From Octopus bimaculoides (taxonomy: Eukaryota): a stretch of 64,000 bases of DNA. Made by a program: the position numbers and the translations under genes. Below the pieces are notes generated by a model, which was not told the DNA's origin, made no database searches, and saw only the letters and a program-made list of their open reading frames with translations. The stretch covers positions 57,178,316-57,242,315 of the forward strand of contig NC_068991.1 in the NCBI RefSeq assembly GCF_001194135.2, written 5' to 3'. Position 1 is the first letter of the stretch. Each line of letters begins with the position of its first letter. Below are positions 49,151 through 61,979 of the stretch, in pieces.

Positions 49151-49499
49151 GTATTCCACTAAAATGTCTTGCGTAATTCCTTAATTTAATGTTTCTTTTA
49201 AATATAACTTGAAATAAAACAAACATTGATATCTATGTATGTGTTAGCGTGTCGTGTATGAAGTTATCAAAGTTCGAATCGGTAATCCATACCTGTCGAT
49301 TGCCGATCTTTTGTGTAAATCTGTTATAGGAAAAAAACAAGCAGTGATATCCAAAGATGCTGTCAAAACAGTTTAACCGTTCAAATGGAATTACTGTTGG
49401 ACTTCATTGTACGATTTTTTTTTTAAAAAGAGAAGTGATGTATGAGTGAAGATTGTGTTTGGTTAAGATTAAAAATTGAATCAGCTTAAAGATTAAATA

Positions 49500-49825
49500 A
49501 AAAACCGAATCTGAGTCAAAGGAATTCTTTGGGGTTTGGATAATTCACCTTTGGAAACATGGGTGTTTCGTTCGACATCCTCAATCAACCCTTATTCAGG
49601 GACCTTTTGATCGGGATGGGCTACTCGACCTGAAGAAAATTCTAACTAGGCCCCACCTGCAAGGTCAAGCGCTGTTTATCTTGATATGAGATCACCGTGT
49701 CGCGCACATATGGTTGTGATGCCTGGTGTACCCTTATCAGACGGATAGTCATGATGGGTATACTGGGCTTCGTATATTTCACCCCAGTGTCACTTTGAGG
49801 ACATACATTGCTCTCTCACACACTC

Positions 49826-49905
<80 letters not shown>

Positions 49906-49922
49906 TGATAATAATAATAATA
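49500..49922 (+). mobile_element. probable retroposon 3' end with (AAT)n tail
   Basis: A GC-richer block of about 320 bp ends directly in a long (AAT)n tract, typical of non-LTR 3' ends. Family not assigned. Confidence 0.5.
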
Positions 49923-49924
49923 TT

Positions 49925-50111
49925 CGAGGTAGGGGTAAGTCGATTATATCGACCCCCGTATTCAACTGGTACTTATTTTATAGACTCCGTCAGCATGACA
50001 GGCAAAGTCGACTTCGGCGTCTACAGAATTTGAATTTAAAGCATAAAGACGGACGATATGCCGCTAAGCATTTTGTTTGGCATGCTAACGATTCTGCCAG
50101 CTCGTCGCCTT
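49925..50111 (-). mobile_element. SINE family A
   Basis: gtcgattatatcgacccc...ggcaaagtcgact...gctaacgattctgccagctcgtcgcctt. Confidence 0.88.
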
Positions 50112-50514
50112 AATGATAATAAGCATACTAATGATGATGATGATGATGATGTTGATGATGGTCATGTGTGTGTGTGTGTGTTTGTGTGTGTGTGGAAGCC
50201 ACATCCATTATTGCAAAGATGGGAAAAATGATGCTGATCGAGTAGATTTCCAATTATAGAATGGTCAGCCTGCTTGTGAAAGATTATGTGTGTGTGTGTG
50301 TTTGTGAGAGAGAGAGGGGGGGGGGAGAGATTATCCGTTCAATATATCGATTGTTTGTTGGCGTTCTTGTTTACGTGGCAGTGAGACGTGAAATGTTACG
50401 TCCGTTCATGGATGAATTACTCCGATGAATAAAAGAATCACTGTTGCCTGCCGTTTGCTATCTGAGCCAATTATATAGTATTTAGGAATTATTAATGCAA
50501 CCAATTAGGAAACA

Positions 50515-50567
50515 ATGAATCGAACATCAACAACAGCAACAACATTCACATCAATAACAATGACGAC

Positions 50568-50617
<50 letters not shown>

Positions 50618-50667
50618 TGATGATGATGATGATGATGATAATGATGATGATGATGATAACAATAACA

Positions 50668-50701
<34 letters not shown>

Positions 50702-50780
50702 GTAGTAGTAGTAGTAGTAGCAGTAGTAGTAGTAGTAGTAGCAGTAGTAGTATTAGTAGTAGTAGTAGTAGTAGTAATAC
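50515..50780. repeat. compound trinucleotide microsatellite (AAC, AAT, GAT, ATT, AGT)
   Basis: Directly visible. Confidence 0.95.
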
Positions 50781-50797
50781 TGATTGCTAAGTAAACA

Positions 50798-51005
50798 TTG
50801 GCACAAGACCAGATAAATTATTGCTTGGAGGAATATGAGAGGTGAACAGCCGATTGAATGGACACCCCGAATATCTAACCGGAACTTTATCATATTGATC
50901 CCAAGAGAATGTAAGACAAAATCGACCACTCTGGGATTTGAACTCAGAATGTTATGAACAGATACTGTAAAGCACTCACTCTAGTATTTTACTCATTCAC
51001 CACGT
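50798..51005 (-). mobile_element. SINE family A, degenerate
   Basis: ttggcacaagacc...aaaatcgacc...ggatttgaactcagaa. Confidence 0.75.
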
Positions 51006-51564
51006 CAGAAATGATGCTAATCCTTTGCTTTTCTAAAACGTTTGCATAAAGCTGTCCTAAACGCCCATACTTGTTTTCAGACTTTCGGTCAGCCATTGTT
51101 TCCTACTTTCTGAGTAAAATAAGGCTTTCCTTTTATTAGTCCTAAGTTATCCGGTGGTTGACAACAAAAAAAAAAAAAAAAAAAGAAAAACAGAGATACA
51201 TACATACATACATACATAGATTTAGATTTAGATTCAAAATTAAATATGGTACTTATGTTTAGGCACCAGAATATAGTATGGTATTATCCAAAAACCATTC
51301 TAAAAGCAAGGTGATCAAAAAATCAAAATAAGCAACACGGATTTTAAAGATGACTGCAGTGCGCACGTTTCATGGTACTCCATTTATTTAAGTAATGCGA
51401 GCATTACATTAAATGCCATATGTAGAGCAATCTTCAGCTGCACAAAAATGTAGTAGAATAGACATATTATAATTGTGGCAACATTTAAAATCCAAGTGGG
51501 AAAAAGAATACATAAAAATCCATCTTGACATAGCCAAGGCTATCAGCCTATCAGCTACTTACTA

Positions 51565-51822
51565 ACCTCGATGACCTTAAACATCGAATAATAATAATAA
51601 CAGCGATCAACTCAGTGGATCGTGATATACTGGTACGTATCTGGGAGGAATTCTCTTATCGCATTGATGTTGCCCGTGCTGCAGGTGGTGGCCACGTTGA
51701 ACACTTGTAAGACAGGAAATAAAAGTTGATTATGAGTAAATACTTGCGATTTAGCTGGAGTTTTCTATTGCTTTTCCTCATTAAAATATTGCGTAATGAA
51801 ATCGTTTCATTCTTTTTGAATA

Positions 51823-51828
<6 letters not shown>
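51565..51828 (+). mobile_element. Tc1/mariner-superfamily 3' end remnant
   Basis: NLDDLKHRI..TAINSVDRDILVRIWEEFSYRIDVARAAGGGHVEHL*, ending in TIR-like cattctttttgaataaccct followed by TA repeats. Confidence 0.8.
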
Positions 51829-51868
<40 letters not shown>

Positions 51869-52328
51869 CAGTGTGACTAAATGTGTGAGTGCTTGCTACT
51901 GTTTATGATTTAGTTAATACATGTACCTATCAAGACATCGATAGCGGAAGAACAAAACAAAACAAAACAACTTGTTCAGTAGTTCAAACTATCGAGCTAT
52001 CATCCCAAATATACATTCAAATGTTTATAAACACACACAAACACCGTCCACTACACACATTCACACAGACACAAACACATTAGCATACACACATATTCAC
52101 ACACGCAAAATACTAATAGAATTAAATAAGATGATATTAAAATAATCTGCACCAACAGTTCATATTGATGATGATAAATACTGTCCAAGTGAAAGAAATC
52201 AACATCTGAAATTAATTGAAAATTTATGTATTTTTCCTTTGTTTTTTTTTTCCTTATACTTCAATTTCAAACGCATTTTCCGCCATTGTAAAGTATATCA
52301 ATCGATGATCTCTAACATATTCATGGGC

Positions 52329-52359
<31 letters not shown>

Positions 52360-52388
52360 AATACACACACACACACACACACACAATG

Positions 52389-52442
<54 letters not shown>

Positions 52443-52449
52443 CCTTTCA

Positions 52450-53420
52450 CTTGAAGCGCGTAGCTCCAAACGTCAAAGACATTCTCTATTGTCTAAGGTC
52501 TCGGTTGTGCTCACAAACCCCCTGCAGCAACTGTGCCTCTACCATTCCGAAATCCATTAAGCTGGCAAAGGCATCATTTAGTCTATTTAAGATAATCCTT
52601 CCAAGGATCTTCCCAGCAACACACAAAAGGGAAATACCTTTATGGCTGTCACATTCACATTTGTTCTTATAAAGATGGACAATAGAAGCATCTTTGAACT
52701 CCTGTAGAACTGATCCTGATTCCCAGATTAAGGAGAAGAGTTCACATAACCTGTTCAGCAGGAGATTGCCACCACATTTATATATCTCGGTTGGTATGCC
52801 ATAATTGGCAGACAATTTTCCATTCATGAGTTGTTTTATTTTTTGCTTATTTTTATTTCAGCATTTTATTTCAGCATTTGATGGAGCGACTGACAGTTCT
52901 TCAAGAACAGGACTTCATGGTAGGTTGATGGGGAGTTCTTAATCAACAATTGAGTCCATATTCAGAACATTTGTGATCTTTTCATCTGTCAGAAGATTAC
53001 CCTCAGTTGAAAGAAAGGGAGTTGAGCCAACAGATGCAAATGCTAAAACATCCCTTAAATTCTGGTAGAATGACCTGAAGTCACATTTATCTACAGCTTC
53101 TTACAATTCTTGTGCATTCCTTTGCCACCATATCTGTTTCATTTACATCAGTTGAGATTGATATGTATTTCTGGCCTTTTTAAACACATTGTGTTTTGTC
53201 GCATTATTTCTATTTGGCATACATTGACAGTGGCACTTGTGCACATTGTCCAAGAGATGAAGAAATGTTTGGATCATTTGCATCAAACCGATCTTGGTGC
53301 TTCCTCTTAACATACCCAAATGTTTCATAGAATGACTCAAATACATTTTAAAAAACAGACCAAGTTGATTCAATATCTGTGTTGTCTGAGATGCTCTCAA
53401 GTTTGTTGTCACAGGTTGTT
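52450..53420 (-). mobile_element. RTE (BovB-like) LINE fragment, decayed
   Basis: GIPTEIYKCGG..LIWESGSVLQEFKDASIVHLYKNK..DSHKGISLLCVAGKILGRIILNRL is the RTE pre-RT signature. Confidence 0.92.
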
Positions 53421-54204
53421 TGACATGAGATTAAATTAAAGAAGGGAAGACGGAGGAAGAAAAATCGCCAACGATATACACGAGGTTATATATATATGTA
53501 TGTATGTATATTTACATGCATATGTATATATATATATATTTGGCAAATACCGTGAACTGAGACGAATAATAGAGAAGTGCAATAGAAGCAGTACATGTAT
53601 TTATTAGTGGAATAATGACCCTCCCGAAATACAACGAAATTTATTCCAACATTCGAGTTTACATCATGTCTTGCAAACCGAATAGAAAAACAAAATATTT
53701 ATGAATGATATTCTCCTGTCTACATACAAACTGACTTATTTTTGTTGATCAATTTTTTTTTTCCAGTTCTTATTTTTTGTTCAGTTTATCGATCAAGTAA
53801 CTTAGTGTTTGTTGAAATTTTACTTATTCTTTTCAAATCTTGTTATTTTCGTTCGTTTGGTTCCTATCACACTACGCAAACCAAGCAGTTTCCTACATAT
53901 ACACATTCACATTTAACTTCATAAACAACACACAAACCAGAAAGACAGACTCGCGCGTATGAGCGCATATACTGTCACTGAAGCAGATGCTCATACGCGC
54001 ATGCGCACCACACACACATGTATGTGCATGTATATAAATATATGTGTATGTATACATGTGTGTGTGTGTGTGTGTGTTTCTGTGCATATGTACACACATT
54101 GTATATATATATATATAAAAGTATACATAGTATATACGTATATCTATACACACACACATACATGCACACATATATATGTATGTATTTATACCTATCTATA
54201 TGTA

Positions 54205-54237
<33 letters not shown>

Positions 54238-55009
54238 NNNNNNNNNNNNNNNNNNNNNNNNNNNNNNNNNNNNNNNNNNNNNNNNNNNNNNNNNNNNNNN
54301 NNNNNNNNNNNNNNNNNNNNNNNNNNNNNNNNNNNNNNNNNNNNNNNNNNNNNNNNNNNNNNNNNNNNNNNNNNNNNNNNNNNNNNNNNNNNNNNNNNNN
54401 NNNNNNNNNNNNNNNNNNNNNNNNNNNNNNNNNNNNNNNNNNNNNNNNNAAACCAAAAAAAAAACGAGGAATTATTTTCATCTATCGATCCAAGAACAAC
54501 ATTATAAGTTAATTCGCTTTATCACTCTGATCCAATAAGGGATCGATATTCTTGGTAGTGAATTGGAAGAATGGCTAGTATGTTGTTCAAAATGTTGCTT
54601 GGTTTTGACGCTTTGCACTGTAAGTTCAAATAACGTTGAGAATAAATTTACGTTCTACACTTCCGCTGTAGATGAAATAAGATACTATTTTAAGGCAGAG
54701 GATTGACGGAATTGCTTGAGCACTGCATTATATAATTTTCAGTATTCTTATCTCATTGAGTTTTTTTAAAATTTTTTGGTGATAGGTTTGGCAACCTTCA
54801 CCTGATTCTTTGGCAGCTTTAGCGAAGCTCACTGTTGTTAACATCATCTCAGGGTATGCTTTTGGTTTAAGGGTAAATGCATCCCGTGTCCTAGCAGCCT
54901 TGCTGGCTCTAAGAAACTAAGACGTCATGCACTCTACGTTTCCTAGATTAATGCGGAAAACTGCACGTGATCAATCGACCTTTAAAAAACAGTAACCAAA
55001 TTTGCGACT

Positions 55010-55417
55010 CAAAATCGAAATTTGTTTCCCAGTCACACGGTTCTGGTTCAGTCCCACTGCGGAGAACCATTTCGAAGTGTCTTTCACTATTGCTCCAGGC
55101 CACCAAAAGCCTTGTGAGCGGATTTGGCCGGCGGAAACTGATAGAAGCCTGTCGTATATATATCGTTGCTATTATACAAAAGTGTCGTAAGTTCAAAATG
55201 TTCCTTTTTCAGAAAACGAAAAAGTAGTTTCATCATTCCATAGCAAAACCGTTGTACTACACTTTGACAAGTTTTGATATCATGGCATCTGAAGCAGTTG
55301 GAGATACGATAGTTTGAACAAAAGAATCTCGGCTATTGCCAACAAAAATAAATATTGAAAAAAAAACGCATTTGGCCAAATTTGGACATGCGACAGTTGA
55401 GCATAATAGCAACGATA

Positions 55418-55452
<35 letters not shown>

Positions 55453-55462
55453 NNNNNNNNNN

Positions 55463-55499
<37 letters not shown>

Positions 55500-55705
55500 T
55501 TGTGTGCCTATGCTTGTCCCTCACAGCATCGCTTGACAACCGATGCTGGTGTGTTTACATCCCCGTAATTAGAGGTTCGGCACAAGCGACCGATAGAATA
55601 AGTATAAGGCTTACAAATAATAAGTCCCGGGGTCGATTTGCTTGACTAAAAGGCAGTGCTCCATCTTGGCCGCAGTCAAATGACTGAAACAAATAAAAGA
55701 ATAAA
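55010..55705 (+). mobile_element. SINE family B split by a nested MITE
   Basis: The 5' half (55010-55160) and 3' half (55470-55705) are colinear with the 1088 copy. Confidence 0.85.
55163..55415. mobile_element. 253-bp MITE in a TA tract
   Basis: TA|tcgttgctattat...ataatagcaacga|TA. The imperfect inverted repeat extends about 38 bp (tgtcg and caaa blocks). Confidence 0.85.
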
Positions 55706-56515
55706 GGAAAAAAGAATATACTTATACATACATACACGCACACACACACATTAGTTGTCCTGGAATTATTGTAGAAAGTAGTTAGCTGATGTATTATGGA
55801 GTGGTCCGAGTACCAAAGAATCAATTAGTCGCGAAGCGAACTTCTCAAAAATCATGCCTTCCTGTATGATGTGTGAGAGTCGAATTATGCTTATCTGTGT
55901 GTGTGTGTGTGTGTGTGTGTGTNNNNNNNNNNNNNNNNNNNNNNNNNNNNNNNNNNNNNNNNNNNNNNNNNNNNNNNNNNNNNNNNNNNNNNNNNNNNNN
56001 NNNNNNNNNNNNNNNNNNNNNNNNNNNNNNNNNNNNNNNNNNNNNNNNNNNNNNNNNNNNNNNNNNNNNNNNNNNNNNNNNNNNNNNNNNNNNNNNNNNN
56101 NNNNNNNNNNNNNNNNNNNNNNNNNNNNNNNNNNNNNNNNNNNNNNNNNNNNNNNNNNNNNNNNNNNNATATGTAATTAGTATTATGTATGGATGTATGT
56201 ATGTTATATATATATATATATATATATATATGCGTACATACATATATACTATGTATACATTATATGAATTATATATACATTATATATAAATGTGCATATT
56301 ACACTTATATTCATTATATGTATATATTACACTTATATACATTGTATATAAATGTATACATTATACTTGTGCATGTGTGCGCACATAAAAATAGACAGAC
56401 GTAGAGAGAAAAAAGATGCATGCAGAAAGAGAGAGAGGGGGAGAGGGAGAGAGAGGGAGAGAGAGAGACATACATACATACAGAGAGAGAGAGAGAAAGA
56501 AAGAGAGAGAGATAT

Positions 56516-56576
<61 letters not shown>

Positions 56577-58234
56577 GATTGAAACAAAATGAGAGAATGC
56601 TATTTTTCTCTGACCCTTTTTGCAATCTTTCTCTGAACAAATTTTAAACTCGATGAAAAGTATAAAGTGGAAGTCAGGTCAGGATTATTGGGACTCAGAA
56701 GGAGGGGGCTGGGATTGCAAGGGATGGGAAATAGAATTAGTGTGATGGAATGGAATCGGGAGATTAAANNNNNNNNNNNNNNNNNNNNNNNNNNNNNNNN
56801 NNNNNNNNNNNNNNNNNNNNNNNNNNNNNNNNNNNNNNNNNNNNNNNNNNNNNNNNNNNNNNNNNNNNNNNNNNNNNNNNNNNNNNNNNNNNNNNNNNNN
56901 NNNNNNNNNNNNNNNNNNNNNNNNNNNNNNNNNNNNNNNNNNNNNNNNNNNNNNNNNNNNNNNNNNNNNNNNNNNNNNNNNNNNNNNNNNNNNNNNNNNN
57001 NNNNNNNNNNNNNNNNNNNNNNNNNNNNNNNNNNNNNNNNNNNNNNNNNNNNNNNNNNNNNNNNNNNNNNNNNNNNNNNNNNNNNNNNNNNNNNNNNNNN
57101 NNNNNNNNNNNNNNNNNNNNNNNNNNNNNNNNNNNNNNNNNNNNNNNNNNNNNNNNNNNNNNNNNNNNNNNNNNNNNNNNNNNNNNNNNNNNNNNNNNNN
57201 NNNNNNNNNNNNNNNNNNNNNNNNNNNNNNNNNNNNNNNNNNNNNNNNNNNNNNNNNNNNNNNNNNNNNNNNNNNNNNNNNNNNNNNNNNNNNNNNNNNN
57301 NNNNNNNNNNNNNNNNNNNNNNNNNNNNNNNNNNNNNNNNNNNNNNNNNNNNNNNNNNNNNNNNNNNNNNNNNNNNNNNNNNNNNNNNNNNNNNNNNNNN
57401 NNNNNNNNNNNNNNNNNNNNNNNNNNNNNNNNNNNNNNNNNNNNNNNNNNNNNNNNNNNNNNNNNNNNNNNNNNNNNNNNNNNNNNNNNNNNNNNNNNNN
57501 NNNNNNNNNNNNNNNNNNNNNNNNNNNNNNNNNNNNNNNNNNNNNNNNNNNNNNNNNNNNNNNNNNNNNNNNNNNNNNNNNNNNNNNNNNNNNNNNNNNN
57601 NNNNNNNNNNNNNNNNNNNNNNNNNNNNNNNNNNNNNNNNNNNNNNNNNNNNNNNNNNNNNNATATATATATATATATATATATAAACATACATACACAC
57701 ACACATATATGCACCACTTGCAAACATACAGATACATATACTTACATGTAATCTCATAGAATCATCCATGTGTTTGTGTGCATGTGTTTATTTTTCTGCA
57801 TGTGTGTGTGTGTGTGTGTGTGTGATAGACAAGTTTCATTTTTCCTAAAGGTTATAAAGGGGAATACGAACGCGATGGTTGGGGGTGGGTTCAGTTTATT
57901 AGGATTTTCCTCCAAACTGGATGTGGGTGAAATAATTCAAAGAGTGATCGAGATATTATGGCGAATTTGAAGATGGGAAATAAGTAGTAAAAATGTGGAC
58001 AGCAGGCTGAGATATTGAAAGAATTAAATAGAAGCAGTAATTGAAAAGGAGGCTGGGGGAAAGTACAGATAAATAAATAAATGAATAAATAAATAAAAAA
58101 GACGGTATAATGACGGAGTGGTAGTGGTGCTGGTGTTGGGGATGGTGGTTGTGTTAGGATAAATACGAGGCGTGAGTATACAATATAAACATTGAATGAT
58201 AAGCAAAGGGAGGTGGGGGGTTTCGGCAAGGCAG

Positions 58235-58260
58235 AAGCAATAATGATAATAATAATAATG

Positions 58261-58315
<55 letters not shown>

Positions 58316-58471
58316 TAATAACGACAATAATACTAATATTAATAATATGATAATAATATGACGTTGATGATAATAATAATAATGATAATAATAACAATAA
58401 CAACTATAATAATAATAGAAAAAATATGATAATAATGACATTGGTAGTAGTGATGATAATAACAAATTATG

Positions 58472-58505
<34 letters not shown>

Positions 58506-58600
58506 TGATAATAATAATAATGATAATAATAATAATGACAATGATAGTAATAATAATGCTAATAATATTAATAATGGTTTCAAATTTTGGCACAAAGCCA

Positions 58601-58673
<73 letters not shown>

Positions 58674-58675
58674 TA
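58235..58675. repeat. (AAT)n-rich tract with an embedded family A SINE tail fragment
   Basis: ggtttcaaattttggcacaaagccag at about 58577-58602 lies inside AAT repeats. Confidence 0.9.
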
Positions 58676-59162
58676 TGAAAGCTAAATGTGAATTTAATAT
58701 GAATATATTAAAGAAATATACATATATAAAATGAAGACAACTGGCATATCCGGAATATTTGTGAGTAAGATTCAAACTGAAAGATAGTACAATAATTGAA
58801 AGACTGGGGCCAGGATATTAAAAAATATATATAGAGAGAGAGAAATATAACAAAAGGAACAAAACGAGAAAAGAAAAACAAAAAAAAAAAAATAAAGGAA
58901 AAAGAACAGAACGCGAAGTTGAGTCAAAGTGAAAGTAGATGGCTGATCGAGAAGTGTTCTGCTTTACAATTAGTGTGCGCAATCATGTCTAATGGCCTAT
59001 GTAACGCTTGGTTTCACATTCAACTTTCCTACAAGCTATCCACATTGACATTGCCGGATTTTGACAGCACAATAATTCGGAGCAAATTTCATTTTCAAAC
59101 TTATTTTTTTTGTTCTCGATAATATTATTGTGGTTNNNNNNNNNNNNNNNNNNNNNNNNNNN

Positions 59163-59182
59163 TTCTTCTTCTTCTTCTTCTT

Positions 59183-59250
<68 letters not shown>

Positions 59251-59312
59251 CATCATCATCATCATCATCATCAGCATCATCATCATCATTATTATTATTA
59301 TTATTATTATTT
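59163..59312. repeat. compound (TTC)n-(TTA)n-(TCA)n microsatellite
   Basis: Directly visible. Confidence 0.95.
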
Positions 59313-59863
59313 TAAAACTTCTCGAATATACTTGCAGATGCGCAGGCATGCATTCTTCCACTCAGACGTGCACTGTGTGTGTTTGTGTTTGTGTCTCTGC
59401 ATGTATAATACGCGCACACACGTACGCACACCCATGCACACACACACACACACATACATACGCACACATATAATGTAAAATATGTATTATCTATCTATAT
59501 ATATATATGAACGCTTAATATATAAGCATGTATATAAAACTCACAAACAACAATACTATAATATATATATATATATATGTATACATACATAAATGTATAT
59601 ATATATATATGTATATGGGAGAATATACAAAAAATAACAACAGACGAGGACAGGTGGTGTAAATAACAAAAGTATATATTAGTATATGTATATATATATA
59701 TATATATATAATAAAACATATACATATACACACATATATATATGTATATACATATATATATATATATAAACATATAAATATACATACATATATATATATA
59801 TGTATATATAAATATATACACATATATATGAATATATACATATATATACATATATAACTATTT

Positions 59864-59895
<32 letters not shown>

Positions 59896-59904
59896 GTGTA
59901 TGTA

Positions 59905-60105
59905 TATGTGTATTTGTGTGTCTGTGTTTGAACCCCCACTATCGCTTGACTATCGTTGCTGCTGTGTTTACGTCCCCGTAACTTATAGTTTCGGTAAAAG
60001 AGACTGATAAAATAAGTACTAGGCTTACAAAGAATAAGTCCTGGGGTCGATTTGTTCGAGTAAAAGCGATGGTCGCAGTAAAATTACTGAAACAAGTAAA
60101 AGGAT
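59905..60105 (+). mobile_element. SINE family B 3' half
   Basis: tcgcttgac...gtttacgtccccgtaact...aagtactaggcttacaaagaataagtcctggggtcgatttg. Confidence 0.9.
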
Positions 60106-60707
60106 AAATGAAGTAAAGAATATTTCGTGACGTCCATATCTGTGTGCTCTATAGCTTGTATTGTGCGTGAGGTTTTATATGTTCGTCTATATAGATGTAT
60201 GTATGTGTGTTTGTGCGGCGATGTGTATGAATGTGTGCGTGTGAATGTGTGTGTGTGTGTGTGTGTGTTTCTTTGGCACATGTGACAGCAATATTTCCAG
60301 CTTTTATACTAACTTGGAACGGACAAATTTATTCCTTACAATAAACAGCACCATCTGCCGCTGCATCAGCAGCAGTACCATCACCACCACCACCACCAGC
60401 ACTACCACCTCAACCACCACCACCACCACTTCCAATCTCCGCTACCACCTCCACTCCCTAACATCACTTCCAGTCCCTCCCACCCCCACCATCATTGCAA
60501 GCAACAACAATAACGAGAAGGAATAACAGCTGCGCCATTACAAGGAATACCATTGCACAAACGACGACCAATGGCAAAACAACAATAAAAAATAAAAATA
60601 AAACAGATAAACAAAAGGGAAAGCGCTAATGGTCACTTGATATGCTGGAAATACAACCTATATCACGATCAGATCATTCCTAAAAGAAAAGATATGGGCA
60701 TTAGATT

Positions 60708-60860
60708 CGTGTTGTGAAAAACTTTGGTTCTAAACCACATCGTTCCGGAGTCAGTCTCAAAGCGTAACGCCTTGGGCAAGTATCTTCTACTATAGCGACG
60801 GTCGGACCAAAGCCTTGTGAATGGATTTGATAGACCTACCGTCTATAGGAAGACCGTCGT
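60708..60860 (+). mobile_element. SINE family B 5' half
   Basis: aaccacatcgttccgg...ccttgggcaagtatcttctactatagc...accaaagccttgtgaatggatttg. Confidence 0.85.
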
Positions 60861-61029
60861 ATCTATCTCTTTGTCTCTCTATCTCTCTGTCTCCCTCTTT
60901 CTCTCTCTGTGCATAAATATATATATATATATAAATAATATATAAACATGCATATATCCATACATATATATACGTACCTACATCTATATGCATACATGCA
61001 TGCATATACGGGTACATGACATCAAAAAA

Positions 61030-61400
61030 ACATTAAACACAAGAGAAACGAAAACATAAAAACGAAAACAGAAAACGAACTTTTTTTTGAACAACGAAAA
61101 AATCAAACAGAGAAACGCGACATGCAACATAAAGAGTATACCCCTTCGTCAGCTGTCCCTGTTTCATCTACTCCGCGTTTCGAATACAAGGATAATACGC
61201 GACTTTGTTGAAAGAGTCCTTCCCGCAAAGCGAATTAAATATAATTTGGGATTTTTTGCGGAGGGTGAAGGTGTTAACAAGAACAGGACAGTGAGAACAA
61301 GACAGTAAAAACAAACTGTAAGGGCTGTTCAGCCAAGACGATAGAAAAATTATTATGAACGCTAGGTAGACGAGCCACGAAGAGACAGGAAAGGCACGTC
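61030..61400 (-). repeat. second copy of the 25545-25800 repeat family
   Basis: Minus strand reads gtattcGAAACgcggagtagatgaaacagggacagCTGACGAaggggtatac. Confidence 0.75.
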
Positions 61401-61979
61401 TTTTCTTTAAGAAGTGGACAGAAAGAACGATCCCCTTTCGTCACGTGTCAGCGACGAGAGAGTCAAGGAGGAAGAGTGGGAGAGAGAGAAGGAACGGTGA
61501 AAAGGAGAGAAGCACAGAGAGGATGAACAAGAGAGAGAGAGAGAGAGATAAACAGAGAAGAGATAGTAGAAGAGTGCGCATCGTAATTATTAAGATATAA
61601 CTTACTTGGAAAAGGATGCGTGGCGTTCGATCATATAATAATATTAATAATACATAAATATATGCATATATCCATGCATATATGTACATACCTACATCTA
61701 TATGTATACACACATGCATATATGGATACAGGACATCAAAAAAAAAAACGACGGCCGTTTCGAGATGCTCCATTTAATGGATCAATGGAAACATTACATC
61801 AATTTGAAATATACCACTCTCCTCGAAAGCATATGATCATATAAATTTCCGACATACAGGATACTCTATTATAATTTTTTAACAAGATGAAAACTTTGCT
61901 AAAATATTATAATGAATTATCCTGTATGTTGAAAATTTATATGGTCGTATGCTTCCGAGGAGAGTGGTTTATTTCAAAT

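Noticed and set aside
54540-54620. GIDILGSELEEWLVCCSKCCLVLTLCT followed by gtaagt
   Set aside because: Weak AAG acceptor and no recognisable domain; cannot be distinguished from chance.
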